Of a stretch of 64,000 nt of DNA, positions 37,101-50,893 are shown piece by piece (the first letter of the stretch is position 1; every line of letters begins with the position of its first letter). A program made the position numbers and the translations under genes. The notes below the pieces were generated by a model that worked only from the letters and a program-made list of their open reading frames with translations, ran no database searches and had not been told where the DNA came from. The DNA comes from Carcharhinus longimanus (Eukaryota). Where the stretch lies: contig JASCQW010000001.1 of NCBI GenBank assembly GCA_030264375.1, positions 92,369,280 to 92,433,279 on the forward strand, read 5' to 3'.

Positions 37101-37309
37101 CTCGGACCAAAGCACAGAAGATAAATAATGGGGGGAGGGCAGGCCATAGCATCCCTATTGTGTAGAAGGGCCAAAATATCCAAACTCTGGGGCCTGGGCC
37201 TTGGCACCACCCTCTGTGAATGGATCCTGAACTTCCTAATTCACAGGCCACAATAGGTAAGAAGAGGCAACATCCACAATCATCCTCAACACTGGCGCCC
37301 CACAAAGCT

Positions 37310-38205
37310 GTGTTTTCATCCCCCGGTATACTCCTTTAACACCGATGACTGTGTGGCCAATTCAGTTTTCAAGTTTGCTGACGATACCACTGTAATCTGT
37401 GGTATCGGCGGGTCGGATCTCAAACAATGACGAGACAGAGTACAGGAATGAGATAGAGAATCTAGTGAACTGGTAGGGCAGCAATAATCTCTTCCTCAAT
37501 GTCAACAAAATGAAGGAGATTGCTATCGACTTCAGGAAATGTAAACGAGAACATGTCCTTGTCCGCATCGACGGGGACGAAGTAAAAAGAGTCGAGAACT
37601 TCAAGTTTTTAGGAGTCTAGATCACCAACAACCTGTCCTGGTGCCGACACTACAGCCCCCCAACGCTTCTACTTTCTCAGAAGACTAAGGAAATTTGGCA
37701 TGTCAGCTATGACTCTTACCAACTTTTACAGATGCACCATAGAAAGCATTTTTTCTAGTTATATCACAGCTTGGTATGGCTCCTGCTGTGCCCAAGACCG
37801 CAAGGAACTACAGAACGTAGTGAGCGTAGCCCAATCCATCACACAAACCAGCCTCCTATCCATTGACTCTGGCTACACTTCCTGTTGCCTTGGCAAAGCA
37901 GCCAGCATAATTAAGGACCCTACGCACTCCTGACATACACTGTTCCACCTTCTTCCTTTGGGAAAAAGATACAAAATCCTGAGGTCATGTACCAACCGAC
38001 TCAAGAACAGCTTCTTCCCTGCTGCTGTCAGACTTTTGAATGGACTTGTTTTGCATTAAGTTGATCTTTCGCTACACCCTAGCTATGACTGTAACATTAC
38101 ATTCTGCACTCTCTCATTTCCTTCTCTGTGAACAGTATGTTTTGGCTGTATAGCACTCAAGAAACAATACTTTTCACTGTATGTTAATACATGCAAATCA
38201 AATCT
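37310..38205 (+). mobile_element. Rex1/Babar LINE 3' part
   Basis: FKFADDTTV, ISNNDETEYRNEIENLVNW, LNVNKMKEIAIDFRK, FYRCTIESI; aaatcaaatc tail. Confidence 0.9.
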
Positions 38206-39029
38206 AAAGCATTTAAATGATATTTAGAATATCATTTAAATGTTAGCCCTGCCTTCCCACTGATTTCTGATGTGGAGCAGACCATGCAGGAAATGTGGCG
38301 CAGGGAAACACTAGCAGGGCACAAATCCCACATAATGCCCCTGCCCCCAAGTGATTTTCCAGCAGTATGGGAGAATCACGGCCATTAGTAGTCAGTATCA
38401 TTAAATAAATATTTTATTTAACTTATAACTGGGTGCAAGATATCGGGCTGGTGATACAAAGCTGAGCGGGAATTTAAGACATACCCACACAAAGCAGATT
38501 TTCAATGCATGATGGACAGTGAAGAGAAATGAATCTTCCAGCAAAGCTGATTTCAAGCTAAAAGTCATAACATTTGCAAACTCATCAAGTAAGCGAGAAA
38601 ATTCATTGAGAGTGAAAAACTGGTGTGAGAATGAGAGGAGGATGAATCCTGAAGAAGATTCCCGAGACCAAATGCACCATTAGAACAGGGCAGCCTGATC
38701 TTGAGAATCATGTGTAGGAATGAGTCCTCAAAAATTGTCACCAGAAATGCAAAGTGGGCCCAATGAAACCCTGAGTCGAGCAAATATTTCAATCCAAGAG
38801 CTAGTTAGTGTAGTCATTTTATGGGATGAAATGTCTACCCTTGTAGCAGAAGACTCAGAGACTATCAAAATACCCCAATGCCAAGATGACCTGTTTCCAC
38901 CATCAGAGAGAAGTTATTACGAGTGCCTACTATGCCACCGTATTATTCCAGTGAACACGACAGGATGTGAGAAGACAAGAGTCTGGGTTTTCACTCCAAG
39001 TCAGGGCAGGGCAGGAAATAACTATTACG

Positions 39030-39125
39030 AGGGAGGAAGTGCTAGGGCTTTAGGTAGCGTAAGGACGGATAAAGCTCCGGGGCCTGATGGTATTTATCCC
39101 AGGCTGCTTAGGGAGGTGAAAGATG
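39030..39125 (+). mobile_element. CR1 RT fragment at gap edge
   Basis: DKAPGPDGIYPRLLRE. Confidence 0.85.
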
Positions 39126-39395
39126 NNNNNNNNNNNNNNNNNNNNNNNNNNNNNNNNNNNNNNNNNNNNNNNNNNNNNNNNNNNNNNNNNNNNNNNNNNN
39201 NNNNNNNNNNNNNNNNNNNNNNNNNGTGAGTGTTTTACACCTGTATTAGATGTCTCCATCTCCAAACTCAGCATCTCAGAATCTTTGAGTTGAATTGCAA
39301 GTTAGAAGGTCTCCACATAATGGAAGGGAGAGGCAACTGAATAAGTTAGCATAGGTTTTGCTCACACTATTGCGGTGCACAATCAGAATGGGGGT

Positions 39396-39440
39396 GGTAT
39401 GACTGATACGGGTATGACTGATACCGGTATGACTGAGACT
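39396..39440. repeat. 15-bp tandem repeat x3
   Basis: ggtatgactgatacg ggtatgactgatacc ggtatgactgagact. Confidence 0.9.
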
Positions 39441-39447
39441 CTCCATG

Positions 39448-39660
39448 ACTGCGTGGGTTTCCTCGGGTGCTCCAGTTTCCTTCCAGAGTCTAAAAATGTG
39501 CAGGTTATGTGGATTGGTCATAGTAAATTGCTGTTTAGTGTCAGTGAGATTAGCAGGGTAAATACGTAGGGTTATGGAGATAGAACCTGGGTGGGATTGT
39601 TTTTGGTACAGGCTTGATAGACCGAATGGCCTCTTTCCACACTGTAGAAATTCTATGATC
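39448..39660 (+). mobile_element. 5'-truncated HE1-like V-SINE
   Basis: ctgcgtgggtttcctc...ttctatga. Confidence 0.85.
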
Positions 39661-40179
39661 ATGTACAGAGTAAAGGAGCCAAGGTGAGATATGGGACAAG
39701 GATTTGTGGAAACTGATCCTATCCAATATCTCAACTGCTTTGAAAGGATTTGGTAGAGAAATGAGAATTTATTCATTGCAATCTATTTGTGGTCTAATAA
39801 CATGAAAATGACTGGGCAAGAGGTTTTGTTCAGAATGTACAAGGTGCTAAATTTTAAATCTCAAGAGTTAGAATTTCTGGATTATGGCCCACATGAAAAT
39901 TGGCACAGGGCAGATTAGTGAATATTTGGCAGAAGAGAGTGGCATGGGAAAGACCATTTCATTTTCATGGAATGCTGGCAGCAGTATTGGAATAACAAGA
40001 TATGTACCATTGAGACAGGCTGCATCAGAATCAGGCTCGGACTGTGGTTAAATAGGGTATTTAAAGTAGTAACAGGTGGCTTGGGAAGGGGGAGTGGGCA
40101 CATGGGTGGGGTTCTTGATGGGGGCGTACAAGGCATTCAAGTGGAATAGGTAATATAAATAATATTTTGGAAGCAAAGG

Positions 40180-41385
40180 AAAAGGAGCTAGTGTGGATTT
40201 ATAATGGGTTGGGCATGTCTGACTAATTGATTGGATTTTTTTGAAGGTGTGACTTACGTAGTAGACAAGGGAATGTTTGAATATGTTATTTATATGGACT
40301 CCCAGAAGGCATTTGATGAAGTCCCTCATAAGAGATGTTGAAGTTCATGAAAATGAGGGCAAACTGGTCAGAGACTGGCTAGGTGATAAGAGTTAGAAAG
40401 TAGAAATAATAAACAAGAAAACTATTTAGCAAGATGTGACTATGATGACTCATAATGATCTGTGTGGGGACTTTGACTATTCACTGTATTTGTTAATGAT
40501 TTAGATGATGAGATAGAGAGCCTGCTGTCCAAATTTGTGGTTGGTACAAAGATAGACATTACAAAGAGATATTTATAAATTGAGTGAATGGGAAAAAAAA
40601 ACTGTGGCAAATGGATTTCAGTATAGGCAAAATGATGTCATCCAGTTTGAACCTAACAAAGGATAGATTCTAAATAGTGAAAATACAAATGCAGTTGAAA
40701 TGCAAAGCATTAAAATTACATGGACAGAAATGAAATGTAATCAAAAAGGTTAATAGAATGCTGGCTTTGATATTTAAAGAGTAAAATACCAGGAGTTAGA
40801 TGTCATGCTGGATCTATAGAGAGGACTGGTTAAACAACACCTGGACTACTATATTTAGTTCTAGGCACACAATACTTTAGGAAAGTTATATTTATCTTGG
40901 GAGTGCAGCATAGATTTACTAGAATAATACCTAAATTAGAGAGTTATATTACAGAGAGAGATTACATAAATTTGGGTGATAATCCTTGAAATTTAGAAAA
41001 CAGAAGAATGATTTGATTAAAGTTTTCAAGATATTATCATGAAGTGATTGGGTGGATAGAAAGAAATTGATTTTGTTTGGTGAATCTAGGATGAGAGAAT
41101 GTAGCTTGAAAAACAAAGAAAGACTTTCCAGAAATAAAGTTAGGAAATGCTTCTCACGCAAAGGGTGATAGAAGTTGAAACTGTTTTCTATAAGTGGCAG
41201 TTGATGCTGAGTCAATCATTAATTTTAAATCTGAAATTGATAGATTTCTGTTTGTTTACTAAAAGTATTATTGAGTATGAAACAAAGACAGGTGTATGGA
41301 GATAGTTCACAGTTCAGTCATGATCTCATTGAATGGTAACACAGGCTTGAGGGATTATTTACCCTACTCCTGTCCATGTGTTCCT
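40180..41385 (+). mobile_element. Old CR1 LINE 3' part
   Basis: Y.DSQKAFD.VPH, FT.FVNDLD, LVKQHLDY, CR1-type 3' UTR. Confidence 0.8.
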
Positions 41386-41689
41386 GAAGCTCCCTTATGC
41401 AAACCTATGTTCTTTGTACAAATACAAGTAGTAGCCTGCCATCCACTGCAGCTTTTGAGTGGCACTAACCAGTGTGGCTTCTTGAATTAAAGCAGCAGAT
41501 GCTTCTGAGACACAACAACCATATAGAAATCCACAGTACCCAGGGGAAAACACAGCAGCAAACAAACAACAGCCACTTCTACAGAAATACAATCATTGCC
41601 TGAAATCATACTTCTTGTATTCACTAGATGACCTGTGTTCTTTGCACAGCCAATGATGTTCTCCAACAAAAACAAAATACTATGGGGTA

Positions 41690-42136
41690 ATGGGGTCCAT
41701 AGCATAATTGTGATGTTACTGGATTAATAATCTAAACTAGTACTCCAGAGTCATGAGTTTAAATCAATGACAGCTGGGGGAATTTGAACTCAATTGATTA
41801 ATTAATGTTGAATAAAATGCTAGGCTCATTAATCATGATCATGAAACTACAGGATTCTCATCGTTTTAAAAAATGCGTTCACCAACCCCTTTTGAGAAAG
41901 AAATATGCCATCCTTACCCAGATTCACAGTAATGTGATTAACTCTTCACTGTCCACTGTGAAATGGTCTGGCAAGTCATTCAGCTGTATTAAACCACTAT
42001 AGAAAAAAAGCACAGTGGGCGTACCTATACCACATGGCCTGCAGCAATTGAAGAAGACTATCTTCTCGAGGGCAATTAGGAATGGACAATAAACGCTGGC
42101 CTTGCTAGCGACATGCTAATCTCAAGATCAAAAAAT
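41690..42136 (+). mobile_element. Family-T SINE variant with longer LINE-derived segments
   Basis: Head and body join at about 42010 to gcacagtgggcgtacctataccacatgg (cf. 2794). Confidence 0.75.
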
Positions 42137-42242
42137 TGATGCTGGATATCCAAATAGAAAATTTTGGAAATATTCAGCAGGCCTGGTAACATATGTGGAG
42201 AGAGAAACAGAGTTAGTGGGCAGGTCCCCCGTCTGCCGGCAC

Positions 42243-42517
42243 ACAAAGAACAAAGAAAATTACAGCACAGGAAGAGGCCATTTTGCCCTCCAAGCCTGCA
42301 CCGACCATGCTGTCTGACTTAACTAAAACCCCCCACGCTTCCGGGGACCATATCCCTCTATTCCCATCCTATTCATGTACTTGTCAAGACGCTCCTTAAA
42401 AGTCATTACCATATCCGCTTCCACTACCTCCCTCGGCAATGAGTTCCAGGCACCCACTACTCTCTGTGTAAAAAATCTGCCTCGTACATCTCCTTTAAAC
42501 CTTGCCCCTCGCACCTT
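42243..42517 (-). mobile_element. CR1 3' end
   Basis: RGARFKGDVRGRFFTQRVVGAWNSLP; tail read as caaagaa repeats on +. Confidence 0.92.
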
Positions 42518-42617
42518 NNNNNNNNNNNNNNNNNNNNNNNNNNNNNNNNNNNNNNNNNNNNNNNNNNNNNNNNNNNNNNNNNNNNNNNNNNNNNNNNNNN
42601 NNNNNNNNNNNNNNNNN

Positions 42618-43099
42618 CCAGAGAACGATTGGGCCTCCCTCCTCCCTTCCCCTCAACCAGAGAATGATCGGGCCTCTCTCCTCTCTCCCCCAGCCTTTCA
42701 TCAGGGAATGATCTGGTCTGCCTCCCTTCCCATCCCCCCACCGCTGATCTGAGTCAGAGAGCTGTTAGAAGCTCTGAACTTACCTCTTCAGAAGCTGGAG
42801 CGCCCAAAATAGACCTTTGCCGAGCATGTCTGTTTTGCGCCCAATCTGGACACATGAACACGATGATAAAGGGGGAAATGCTGGTAAGATTGGGCAGGCA
42901 GTCCATTAATTCAATTTAAATGCATATAAATGCATTTTAATCGCTGTTGTAAGCATTTTGGGCGTGATTCAGATTGTGGCCATTTTCAGGCCTTGGTAAA
43001 GTGGGCATCTGCATGGACGCAGGCGCGGATTGCACTAATTGCCTCATGCCCAAGTTTTTGCGCTGAAAATGGGCGCAACACAATGGTAAAATTGGGCCC
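42618..43099. mobile_element. Non-autonomous DNA element with ~40-bp internal tandem units
   Basis: ccagagaa(c/t)gat.gggcctc units at 42618-42740; terminus ggtaaaattgggccc. Confidence 0.5.
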
Positions 43100-44319
43100 A
43101 ATGTTAAGAAACTAAAGTGCCTGGCTAAAAGATAAGGAGCTGTTCCTTGAGTTCATGTTGAACTTTATTGGAGAACTAAAGTAGGTAATAAAAATAAGGT
43201 ACATTAGGGTAACTATATTATTGATGAAAGAATACATATATTAATGAAATAGAAAAACAAATTCAGTCAAATGGTAAATCATGTTTGAAATATTACATGC
43301 TGCACAATAAACACTATTGTGTGTCCTTCATTTTTTCACAGCAGATTCTTTGTTAATCATGCTTCATCTGTTGCTCCTCTGCTCTTCTGAAAGCAAAATC
43401 CGAAGTCAAACACACTAAAACTTATTAAATGTCATTGCTTGGGGTCAATCTGTTTTCACTATGAAGTAAGTTCTGTGTTCAGAATCCATTATTCTGTCTA
43501 GGCTTTTAAAGGAATAGATGAAAGATTCCTGGTCTGATTAAATAATGATCTGTAGCAATCAAAAAGGTCACACTTACTTTCTTAAAGCACGGATATATTT
43601 GTTAAAGAAGTAAGACAGACTTGGAGAAAGTGGTTTTGTGTCTCAAACATTATATCAATTCAGAAGCCACAACAGAATATTTGCATTTTTCCTTATCAGT
43701 AGCATTTTCTTAATGGATCCCTATTGANNNNNNNNNNNNNNNNNNNNNNNNNNNNNNNNNNNNNNNNNNNNNNNNNNNNNNNNNNNNNNNNNNNNNNNNN
43801 NNNNNNNNNNNNNNNNNNNNNNNNNNNNNNNNNNNNNNNNNNNNNNNNNNNNNNNNNNNNNNNNNNNNNNNNNNNNNNNNNNNNNNNNNNNNNNNNNNNN
43901 NNNNNNNNNNNNNNNNNNNNNNNNNNNNNNNNNNNNNNNNNNNNNNNNNNNNNNNNNNNNNNNNNNNNNNNNNNNNNNNNNNNNNNNNNNNNNNNNNNNN
44001 NNNNNNNNNNNNNNNNNNNNNNNNNNNNNNNNNNNNNNNNNNNNNNNNNNNNNNNNNNNNNNNNNNNNNNNNNNNNNNNNNNCATGATCTTATTGAATGG
44101 TGGGGCAGGCTCAAAGGGCTAGTTGGCCTACTCCTGCTCCTATTTCTTATGTTCTTATGGTCCATGGCGCTGTGAGGCAGCAGTGCTCACCATGTGCCAC
44201 CATGCCACCCCACTGTGCTACCATGCTGAGATTTGAAAATGAATGCTGAAAATCTAAATTAAAAGCTGGAAATGCTGGAGAATGACATCTGAAAGGAAAA
44301 ATATTGACAACTTATTTTA

Positions 44320-45677
44320 TAATTCAGTAGGCGTTGCTGGGTTGGCCAGCATTTAATGCTTATCCACAGTAGCCCATAGGAAGGTATTAATGAACACCTT
44401 TCCTGAACTGCTGCAGGCCATGTGGTGTAGGTACATAAACAATTATGTTGGCAGGGAATTCCAGGACTCAATGACAATAATGGCAATATATTTCCAATTC
44501 TGAATGGGAAGAGAAATTGGAGGTTGTGAGGTTCCCTTGCACATGTTGTCCTTGTTCTCTGAGATGATAGAAGGTGCTATCAAAGAAGCCTTGATGAATT
44601 CCTGCAATACCTTTTGGAGATGATGCACATTGCAGCCAGTGTGTGCTGTTGGTGGATGGGGTGTTGATCAAGCAGCTGCTTCATTCTAAAAGTATTGATC
44701 TTCATGAATGTTGTTGGAGCTACACTCATTTGTGTCTGGTGTCAGGAGATAAGTTACTTGCTGCAGAATACATAGGTTTGACACGTAACTGGAGTATTTA
44801 TATGGCTGGTCAAGGTATATTTCTGTTCAATGTTGACCTCCCAGGATGTTGATAATGGAAAATTTCAACAATGGTAGTGCTTTTAAATATTATGGGGAGA
44901 TAGTCATTGCCTGGCGTTTGTGAGATGCAAATATTACCTGCTACATCCAATCCTGAATGTGGTCCATGTATTGCTAAAGGTAGGCACAAATTGCTTCAAT
45001 ATCTAAAGATTTACAAATAAAACTGAACACTGTGCAATCATCAGCAATGGTCCCATTTCTGATCCACTGTTGGAGTGAAGATCATTGATCAAACTGCTGA
45101 AGATGTTTTAATCTGGGACACTCATGCAGTGAGGTCCTGTGGCTGGGTTGATTAGCTTCTGACAACTGCATCTTTTTTGTTAGGTATGATGTCGGCCAGT
45201 GAACAGCTTCCCCTCTGATTCCAATTTTACTTGGGCTCCTTAATGCCACACTCAGTTAAATGCTGCCTTAATGTTTAGGATAGGAATTCACACCTCATTT
45301 CTGGAATTGAGCTCTTTTGTCCTTGTTTGGACCAAGACTGTAATGAGGTCTGGAGCCAAGTGGTCTTGATAGAAGCCAAAGTGTACACTGGTGAGTAGGT
45401 TATTGCCAAGTAAGTGTAATTTAACACTACAGACAACCTTGACCATTTGATGGAGCATTGAGTGGTGTGAAGTTGAATTTTAAGGCAGATGATCATTTGC
45501 AGGCATTTGTGTGGCTGAAATACTTTGACACTTATCAGATCAGGCCTGGATGCTGTCTAGGTCTTACTGTATGTGTACATGGACATTCTCACTTTCTGAA
45601 GAGTTACAGATGAAACTAACATGTTCAGTCATCAGCAAACATTCTTATGATGGAAAGATGGTCATTGATGAAGAGAT
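44320..45677 (-). mobile_element. Family-T LINE 3' ~1.3 kb (decayed)
   Basis: Antisense tail gcgttgctgggttggccagcattta; FSSLINDL and ADDCTVF on the minus strand. Confidence 0.8.
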
Positions 45678-45809
45678 NNNNNNNNNNNNNNNNNNNNNNN
45701 NNNNNNNNNNNNNNNNNNNNNNNNNNNNNNNNNNNNNNNNNNNNNNNNNNNNNNNNNNNNNNNNNNNNNNNNNNNNNTCTTATGATGGAAAGATGGTCAT
45801 TGATGAAGC

Positions 45810-46340
45810 TACCTCTGATTACTTTGTTGATGTTTCTTCACTCAGACTCTTTTCCTCCTTTGACAACTTACTTTCCTCTCTATCTTGGTGCTCCCATTTA
45901 TTGAGTCCCTACATCCAAGTCATTGATATAGATTGTCAATAGTTGAAGTTCCAGCACTGATTCCTAAAGGAGCTCCACTAGTTATGGCTTGTCAACCTGA
46001 AAAGGGTTCATTTATCCCTACTCTCTACTCCCTATTGGCTAACCAATCCTTTACTCTTGCTGATATGCTACCCTGTACACCATTAGCTCTTATTTTGTGT
46101 AGTAACCTTTGATGTGTCACCTTATCAAATGATTTTTGGAAATTTCAGTACACCATAGCAACATTTTGCCTTTATACTGCTTGCTTTTTACTTCCGCAAA
46201 GAACTCTAATAAATCAAACACAATTCCCTTTTCCCAAAATTATGTTAACTTTGCCTGACTCCATTATGATTTTCTAACCATCCTGTTATTACCTTCTAAC
46301 GAATTTTAGCAATTTCTTTTTGACAGATGTCAGGCTAACT
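45810..46340 (-). mobile_element. CR1 fragment
   Basis: caccttatcaaatgatttttggaaat is antisense FQKSFDKV. Confidence 0.75.
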
Positions 46341-48099
46341 CTATCGTTATACTCAAAGGATTTGAACCCAGAGGTTCTGGCTCAGAGGTAGGGGTGCTAC
46401 GCACTGTGACACAAGATTGCCTTAGCTAAAACCATGTTGCTGGCAATAGTTGCACTAATGCTGTGTGAAGATTTTCCACACAAAAACAGCTGACCTTTGG
46501 AAAAAAGTTTCTCTGAGTATTTTCTCACATGAAAATAGAAATTGTACTACCTGGTTCACTTTGGTGATTTTAAAGGGCTTTATCTTTGTGAGTTTGGAAA
46601 GGTTCAGTGAACAATGATTTCACCTGGAGAGCTACTTTGTATTGACAAAACCTACCAGGATTATTGCAAGGTCAACTCAGAAATCTTTCTTCTTCACCCT
46701 GGCAACTTATTACAACAACCTTGTATGCATTGTTTAAATTTTTAATGACACAGTCACTTTGCTCCTATTTCTTGATAACTGAGAATGTCTGGGATATGCC
46801 ATCATCCTGTCATTGATTATAGATCAGTGGATTGCTGTGAGAGGCTCAGCTTCACTTCCAAAACCTTCATTTTGTACAGTGGATTGGCAGTTCAGGAACT
46901 TGATTCATAATGAATGATACATTAGGACTTTCAGAACATGTTTTTCAGCATCATCGTGTCTTTCTGGAACTTTTAAAGGGCAACAATTATCAGACAATAT
47001 CAGAGCAATCACTGGTCAGTTTTTAATTCAGTTATTAACATGAGTTAGAACTGGTGCAATGCACTTGACTGCATACACTGCATGGTTCATCAAGCAAAGT
47101 TGTTTCATTTCAACTTGACTGTATTTCTACAAGTGTTTGCTTAACTTCATATTCTCTGTGTTGTTGTTATTTAAATTGTAATTCAAATTGCAACAACAAG
47201 GTCAGTTTTTAATACTTTCACTAGACTTTCTCTCAAGAAAATGAGGATTAGTGGATCTTAACCAGCCCTAACATCTGGATGCTCAGATCATTTGATGCAT
47301 GCTGTAAGTTCCCAGTTATCTGTAGTCTTCCCAATGTCAGAGAAGTAACGAGACTGTTGAGAATTCACTAACTAAATTAGCCAGTATGTTTTTGAAATGG
47401 GTGGTTGACCATAAGTTATTTGGTCAAATTCCCTCAAGCAGCCCATGGCAGGTTTTGTGTTGGGTGAATGCAGGAAATTTGGCGAGATTCAAAAAGTCGA
47501 AAACCCACCAGCATAAAATCTGGTTGCAATTCTGCCAAAGGCAGGTTAATGGAAAGTCCATGTTCCCATTGGCAGGTGCCACAAATGTTATTTGCATTCA
47601 TCTGTATCTCATGAATGATCTATAAATAGCTGCCCACCAGCATTTCATCAGGCCTTTCAGTCTTGTGTCAAGCCAATGGGAATTTATATCAGTGTCAAAC
47701 TCAATTGAAAAACAGTAGCATGCACAAAGCGGTCCTCTGTTCCCCAGAGACTTCAGCGTGTGTGCAACAACTTTCTCCATAGTGCTACACCACTCCTGAT
47801 GCACTGTTTACTACTCTGCCAGCACAGACCAGTTCCTGCCCTCCATCTGCATGCTGACCTGATCTTCATGGACAGCACCATGCTGCTAGGCCCTTTGACT
47901 CTTTTGTGGAACTGAGTGGGATCAGTACAGCACCTGGTTTCATGATGTAACAGTCAGAGAGAATGATAATGGATATGGTAAAGAAACAAAGTTTGTGTCT
48001 AAATGAAGCATGAATTGTGACATTAAAACCATTGTATTGCACCCAAAAAGATAAAGAAACAAGACAAGGCCAACACAAAAAAAAGAAAAAAAAACAACA

Positions 48100-48857
48100 G
48101 GTTAGAATTTTATGCTGCTGGCCCTGGCCCCAGAGTTGGTGGATTTTGAAGTGGAGGGAGGTGGGGGTGGAAAGAGTATGAAATTACGTAGACAGGATTT
48201 CTTCCAAGTTTCTGCCTGCCTTGGCCTGGTTATTACTTTACATTGGGGCAGACAGGGCCTTGCCTTAATTAAGGCCACTTTAATTAAGTGACCACTTTGA
48301 TCATCTAATAGCCTCTTAAGGACTTTTTCCCGAGCAGCCCTCATGTATAGGCTGGTGTGCTGATAACAGTTTGGGGTGTGGGGGCAGGGAGGCCAGAGAA
48401 AAACGAAGTTCAATCTTGGGCAAAAAGTGGGGGTGCCTCCATCAGAAGACCCTTTCTGACTTGAGGCACCATTCCCTTAATGCCCGATGGCTTCCAGACT
48501 TCACTCCCCAACTGACCTAACCCACCTGATCCATCCAAAAAAAAACCCTTCCAACCCTCCAGACATTCCCTACCTTCTCACCCTGGAACCCCTGCCATTT
48601 ACCAGGCTTCTGGGTCCCTTGACTTAGTTCCAGAAGCTACCTCAGTGCCTCTTCTGGCCATTGCAGTGCTGTGCTTTGATGGAGTGGAGAACTATTGGCC
48701 AATCTGATTGGCTGGCTGGTCTCCAAGGCGAGAATTCCTCCAGAGTGAGAGCAGAAGGCCGACCTTATACCAATTAACGCTGGTTTGCTGTATTATGGCA
48801 TTGGGATTACTGGCATCGGCGGGTATGTCGAAACTTCACCATCCTAAAAATTCAGGC
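48100..48857. mobile_element. Non-autonomous DNA element with short TIRs
   Basis: ggttagaatttta...taaaaattcaggc; related GC-rich interior at about 18180-18730. Confidence 0.45.
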
Positions 48858-48884
48858 TTTAGAATAAGATGGAGGCAGAGATTA

Positions 48885-49765
48885 TGATCTAATGTTGTTG
48901 AACTCAACGTTGAGTTCAGAAAGCTGTAGATTTCAGAGTTGAAAGATAAGATGCTGCTCCTTGAACTTGTGTTGAGCTTCAGTGAGACATTGTATCAGGC
49001 CAGGACAGAAAAGTCAGTATAAGAGCCAGGTGGAGAAGTAAAATAATAAGTCACTGGAAGCACAGTAGCACTGTGGTTAGCATTGCTGCTTCACAGCACC
49101 AGGGACCCAGGTTCAATTCCGGCCTCGGGTGACTATGTGTAGAGTTTGCAGGTTCTCCCCCTGTCTGCGTGACTTTCCACTAGATGCTCCAGTTTTCTCC
49201 CATTGTCCAAAGGTGTGCTGCTTAAATGGATTTGCCATGGTAAATGTCCCAAGACATGTGGGTTACATAGAATAGCCATTGTAAATGTGTGGGGTTATAG
49301 GGATAGGAAGAGGGCTTGGATAAGACTTTCTATGAGAGAATTGGTGCAGCCTCAATAGGCCGTATGGTCTCCTTCTGTGCAGTAGGGATTCTATGATAAA
49401 CTCGGGGTCGTGCTTGCAAACTGAAGGGAAGTTTTCTGCAAATGGTCACCCAGACTACGTTTGGTCCCCTAATGTAACAAAACAACAGCATGAGAGGTAA
49501 AATTCAGTATACAAAATAGAAAGCAGTATAATCAAATCACTGTTTAACTTGGAAGGAGTGTTTGGTACAGTGATAAACAAGGAGGTAAAAGGACAGGTGT
49601 TGCATCTTCTACAGTTGCACAATAAGGTGCCATAGGGTTGGGGTTGACTGAAAACTGGGGTATCATAGAGAGAACGGTCCCTACTGAATGCTGAAATGAG
49701 AGGGCAAGGGAAGATGTGTTTGGTGGTTGCATCATGCTGGAGTTGCAAGAAGATGTCATTCATTC
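48885..49765 (-). mobile_element. Penelope-like family D: GIY-YIG domain split by a SINE
   Basis: CNCRRCNTCPF, YI.DQT, HLIFQL..LQ.SELNVEFNN. Confidence 0.8.
49060..49397 (+). mobile_element. HE1-like V-SINE
   Basis: Head with ggttcaattcc B-box, V-domain, gggattctatga tail. Confidence 0.88.
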
Positions 49766-50596
49766 AGTTTTATGTCCAAAGTAGTCATTCCCAAAAAAGT
49801 GTGAATATCACAGGTCTGCTGTCATAACAACCGGTTAGCTCTGCCTTGTGTTAATTCTTCCTGCATATTGATGGCAGTTCAGGTAATGTGCTGAGGTCAG
49901 TGACAGTGAAATTGTTGTTTTCTTTTAGAATTTAATTGCTGGGTTAGAGAAACATAAATACTCAGGGTCAGACAGCACACATGATATGTATCTTAGATCA
50001 ATTATGATGTGATTGCTTCCATTAGTCAATCTGCCTCAGTCATTGTTTATTTAGTAAGAAGTACCTTTTTTTTAAGGTAAATTGCCCTATTTCACTGACT
50101 CATAATCAACCTCTTAGCTGTACTTAGGCAGAGTCCCCATGGCCTCATAACCTACTTTTGTTGAGTGCTCCTCCTCTTCTCCTTACAAAGGTGAAATGGA
50201 ACACCAATTAAAAATAGGCCTTTATTATCGACAATTTGAACAAGATGCTTTTAATATCAGTTGGCACATTCTGGCACTGAAGAAAAACCTGAGGTGCAAT
50301 TCTCCAAAACTATTACTAAATGTCTCCAACAAGAAACAGGTTGGCACTGCCAGGGAGCCAGAGGGCAGTGTCAGGGCACTCTCCAGCCACATCCCTGACC
50401 ACAGTGGGAGTTGCATGGCCTCTGAGCCCCTGGTCATCATAGTTGGCCTCCATTTTTGGAGACCAGTAGTTATTCCCATGTTGCGCCGGCAGGTGGAAGT
50501 AATTAGCATTTACAGAGAATTCAATTTAAAGCTGATTGTGAATACTTAAACCATCATTATTGTATGCTAATCTGGGTCACGCCCTCACTGTATGTG

Positions 50597-50893
50597 TTTA
50601 TTTATTTATTTATTAGTATAACAAGTAGGCTTTCATTAGTATTGCAATGAAGTTACTGTGAAAATCCCCCAGTCTCCACACTCCAACACCTGTTTGAATA
50701 CACTAAGGGGCAATTTAGCATGGCCAGTGCACCTAATCAGCACATCTTTGGACTGCGGGAGTAAACTGGAACATCCGGAGGAAACCCACACAGACACAGG
50801 GAGAATGTACAGACTCCCGCACAGACAATGATCAAAGCCGGAAACCGAACCCGACTTCCTGGCACTGTGAGGCAGCAGTGCTAATCACTGTGT
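50597..50893 (-). mobile_element. HE1-like V-SINE with Rex1-type tail
   Basis: (ttta)n followed by the same antisense tail as 35324. Confidence 0.85.

Noticed and set aside
38565-39020. tcataaca plus PBS-like sequence followed by ORF 38720-39229 (possible gag)
   Set aside because: The PBS match is too degenerate; the ORF length comes from a CR1 fragment and Ns.
39396-39440. Direct repeats as a possible CRISPR-like array
   Set aside because: Three adjacent 15-mers without spacers in vertebrate DNA; a simple minisatellite.
43342-43465. Strong acceptor (ttttttcacag) and gtaagt donor bounding 124 nt
   Set aside because: Stops in all three frames; a non-coding exon cannot be supported without RNA data.
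43696-44165. Long ORFs across gaps (also 53934-54485)
   Set aside because: Made of N runs.
45643-45810. Duplicated tcttatgatggaaagatggtcattgatgaag around a gap
   Set aside because: Likely assembly overlap artefact.
48899-48918. Perfect 20-bp palindrome tgaactcaacgttgagttca
   Set aside because: Lies in the Penelope ORF end (LN.EFN codons), which is already near-palindromic.
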